Virus record (IMG/VR): IMGVR_UViG_3300025364_000002
Direction: 5' to 3' (one strand)
DNA length: 15,575 bases
Origin: a virus
Lineage: Duplodnaviria; Heunggongvirae; Uroviricota; Caudoviricetes
The notes beneath the pieces are model-generated. The model saw nothing but the letters and a program-made list of their open reading frames with translations. It did not search any database and had not been told where the DNA came from. Both the position numbers and the translations under genes were made by a program. Shown here one piece after another: positions 14,363 to 15,575 of the stretch (positions are counted from its first letter, which is position 1; the number at the start of each line of letters is the position of its first letter).

Positions 14363-14674
14363 TTACATGAAGACTGATTTTTTCCAAGATTCCATAAAAG
14401 AAATGATGTTCTTGGCCCCAACTGGATTTTCACTGTGTACCACATATTTGGGAATTTTATCCGGGTCTGCGCCCATGGTTTCCCAAATGTGATGAAGCTC
14501 TTTCAGAAACCTCATTGTATCATCTTTTTCACCAAGATCATGGTCAAGACTCATCAATTCAGGCAGCTCGTTACGTTCAACACAACGAACAACTGCCATG
14601 ACAGAAGATCGAACAACGGTCCAGCCAGCCTGGGTCGGGTTTCTTTCATCATCAAGATATAATTTCCAAGTCAT
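14363..14674 (-). CDS. Cyclic-phosphate-processing receiver (cREC) domain protein
   Basis: KLYLDDERNP...MSLDHDLG...VHSENPVG signature. Start at ATG 14674 (AGAGGA SD). Confidence 0.85.
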   Translation of the reverse strand: MTWKLYLDDERNPTQAGWTVVRSSVMAVVRCVERNELPELMSLDHDLGEKDDTMRFLKELHHIWETMGADPDKIPKYVVHSENPVGAKNIISFMESWKKSVFM

Positions 14675-14681
14675 TTTTCCT

Positions 14682-14999
14682 CTACTGCTTTCTCGCAAGC
14701 TCCAGGAGCTGTTGAAATTTTTTATAATTGTTTGTTGGATCTACACGATTCCAGATGATTTTTCCTTGTCTGACAAGGTCGCAGGCACTTAAAACAATAG
14801 ACAGCTCAACCTCTCGCTGTATCACCTGTTCTCGATGTAAGAAACTATATTTAAACTGGCGTATTTGGCCAGGTTTTACCCAAATCTCTTCGGGGTCAGA
14901 AATCAAGAGAAGAATCCGTGAGAAATTCTCATCAACTCCCTGAAATCCCCAATATATAAAAATATCACCAGCTTTAGGCGATGGCAGCTTCATTTTCAA
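14682..14999 (-). CDS. Hypothetical protein, small SH3/KOW-like family
   Basis: PKAGDIFIY...KYSFLHREQVIQREVEL. Confidence 0.65.
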   Translation of the reverse strand: MKMKLPSPKAGDIFIYWGFQGVDENFSRILLLISDPEEIWVKPGQIRQFKYSFLHREQVIQREVELSIVLSACDLVRQGKIIWNRVDPTNNYKKFQQLLELARKQ

Positions 15000-15276
15000 A
15001 CAATCTTTTTAGATTAGTTTCACGGATTCGAACCATTCTTTCTTCAAGAAGAATGTCATACCAATTATTGCCACAGCGATCAATTTTTCGGGTAACAACG
15101 AAAGCGCTTGAACCAGTTTTGGCTCCATCAGAATCCCAACCCCAAAACTTGCTTTCATCACCTGGGTCAGGTCGGCAAACGACAACATATTTCGGAGCCC
15201 GTTTTTTCCCACCTTTTCTCGCTTTGTGTGGCGGTGAATAAATCTTCACCAAGTCTCCAGGAGAGAAATCAGCCAT
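14974..15276 (-). CDS. Hypothetical protein, small SH3/KOW-like family
   Basis: FSPGDLVKI...WYDILLEERMVRIRETNL. Confidence 0.7.
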   Translation of the reverse strand: MADFSPGDLVKIYSPPHKARKGGKKRAPKYVVVCRPDPGDESKFWGWDSDGAKTGSSAFVVTRKIDRCGNNWYDILLEERMVRIRETNLKRLFENEAAIA

Positions 15277-15571
15277 GATACTGCCCCTTCAAGTCACTTC
15301 TAAGAACCCACCAAAGTTGTTCGTCAACAAGCACCTGACAAAGATCCGCATATGTTGTTCGTTCCGTTTTGATCAACATTGCAACGCTGTCAAATAAATC
15401 TTGCCTTTTGACATATTCGATCTCTCTTCGTTTTTCGGTAAATTTTGATGAGAAGGCTGGATGGAGTTCTTCGGCTGTATATTTCCCAGGCCACAGTCTA
15501 ATACCTCGACTAAAAACCCATTCGTTGGGCCTGATATTATTAGATGGATCTCCCACAAATTGTACAAGCAT
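15269..15571 (-). CDS. Hypothetical protein, small SH3/KOW-like family (may be 5'-partial)
   Basis: C-terminal LCQVLVDEQLWWVLRSDL; the frame is open to the window edge. Confidence 0.6.
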   Translation of the reverse strand: MLVQFVGDPSNNIRPNEWVFSRGIRLWPGKYTAEELHPAFSSKFTEKRREIEYVKRQDLFDSVAMLIKTERTTYADLCQVLVDEQLWWVLRSDLKGQYHG

Positions 15572-15575
15572 TCCG

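Noticed and set aside
581-15241. Numerous plus-strand ORFs antisense to real genes (e.g. 581-958, 1127-1471, 4584-4841, 7243-7614, 8534-8767, 13520-13900, 13933-14370, 14981-15241)
   Set aside because: They are shadows of motif-bearing or operon-tiling minus-strand genes, with no recognisable motifs.
1-15575. Genome-wide reassignment of TGA (genetic code 4 or 25)
   Set aside because: TGA is the evident stop for many genes (ends at 716, 3332, 3971, 4822, 8819, 9174, 9511, 13125, 13723, 15269), including ATGA overlaps. Where I checked, read-through quickly hits another stop. Only two internal cases were found.
1-15575. CRISPR array, integrase, transposase or terminal repeats
   Set aside because: No regularly spaced repeats or recombinase/transposase motifs were seen by eye.

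Overview
This AT-rich, densely coding window most likely comes from a large (jumbo-type) bacteriophage genome. That is an inference from the near-uniform minus-strand operons, many short hypothetical genes, Shine-Dalgarno sites, sigma70-like promoters, a CCA-encoding tRNA and free-standing homing endonucleases. Recognisable genes are a double-motif LAGLIDADG endonuclease, an Rnl2-like RNA ligase, two divergently transcribed Pol-beta-fold nucleotidyltransferases, a truncated Thg1-like N-terminus, tRNA-Gln(CUG), a TARG1/DarG-type macrodomain, a calcineurin-like phosphoesterase, a GIY-YIG/NUMOD endonuclease with one in-frame TGA, ClpP, a DEDDh exonuclease and a cyclic-phosphate-processing receiver domain. 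Together these suggest an RNA end-healing and anti-defence region. The most striking structure is that both homing endonucleases lie antisense within the terminus of an enzyme gene. In each case the gene has a replacement terminus and the apparent original terminus is stranded on the far side of the insert (ligase C-terminus at 5-124; phosphoesterase N-terminus at 12404-12427). Other observations: two apparently internal TGA codons although TGA is the normal stop elsewhere, three tandem basic proteins sharing a domain, an expanded family of about nine small SH3/KOW-like ORFs, and candidate leaderless promoters. All family calls are by manual motif recognition; no database search was run.
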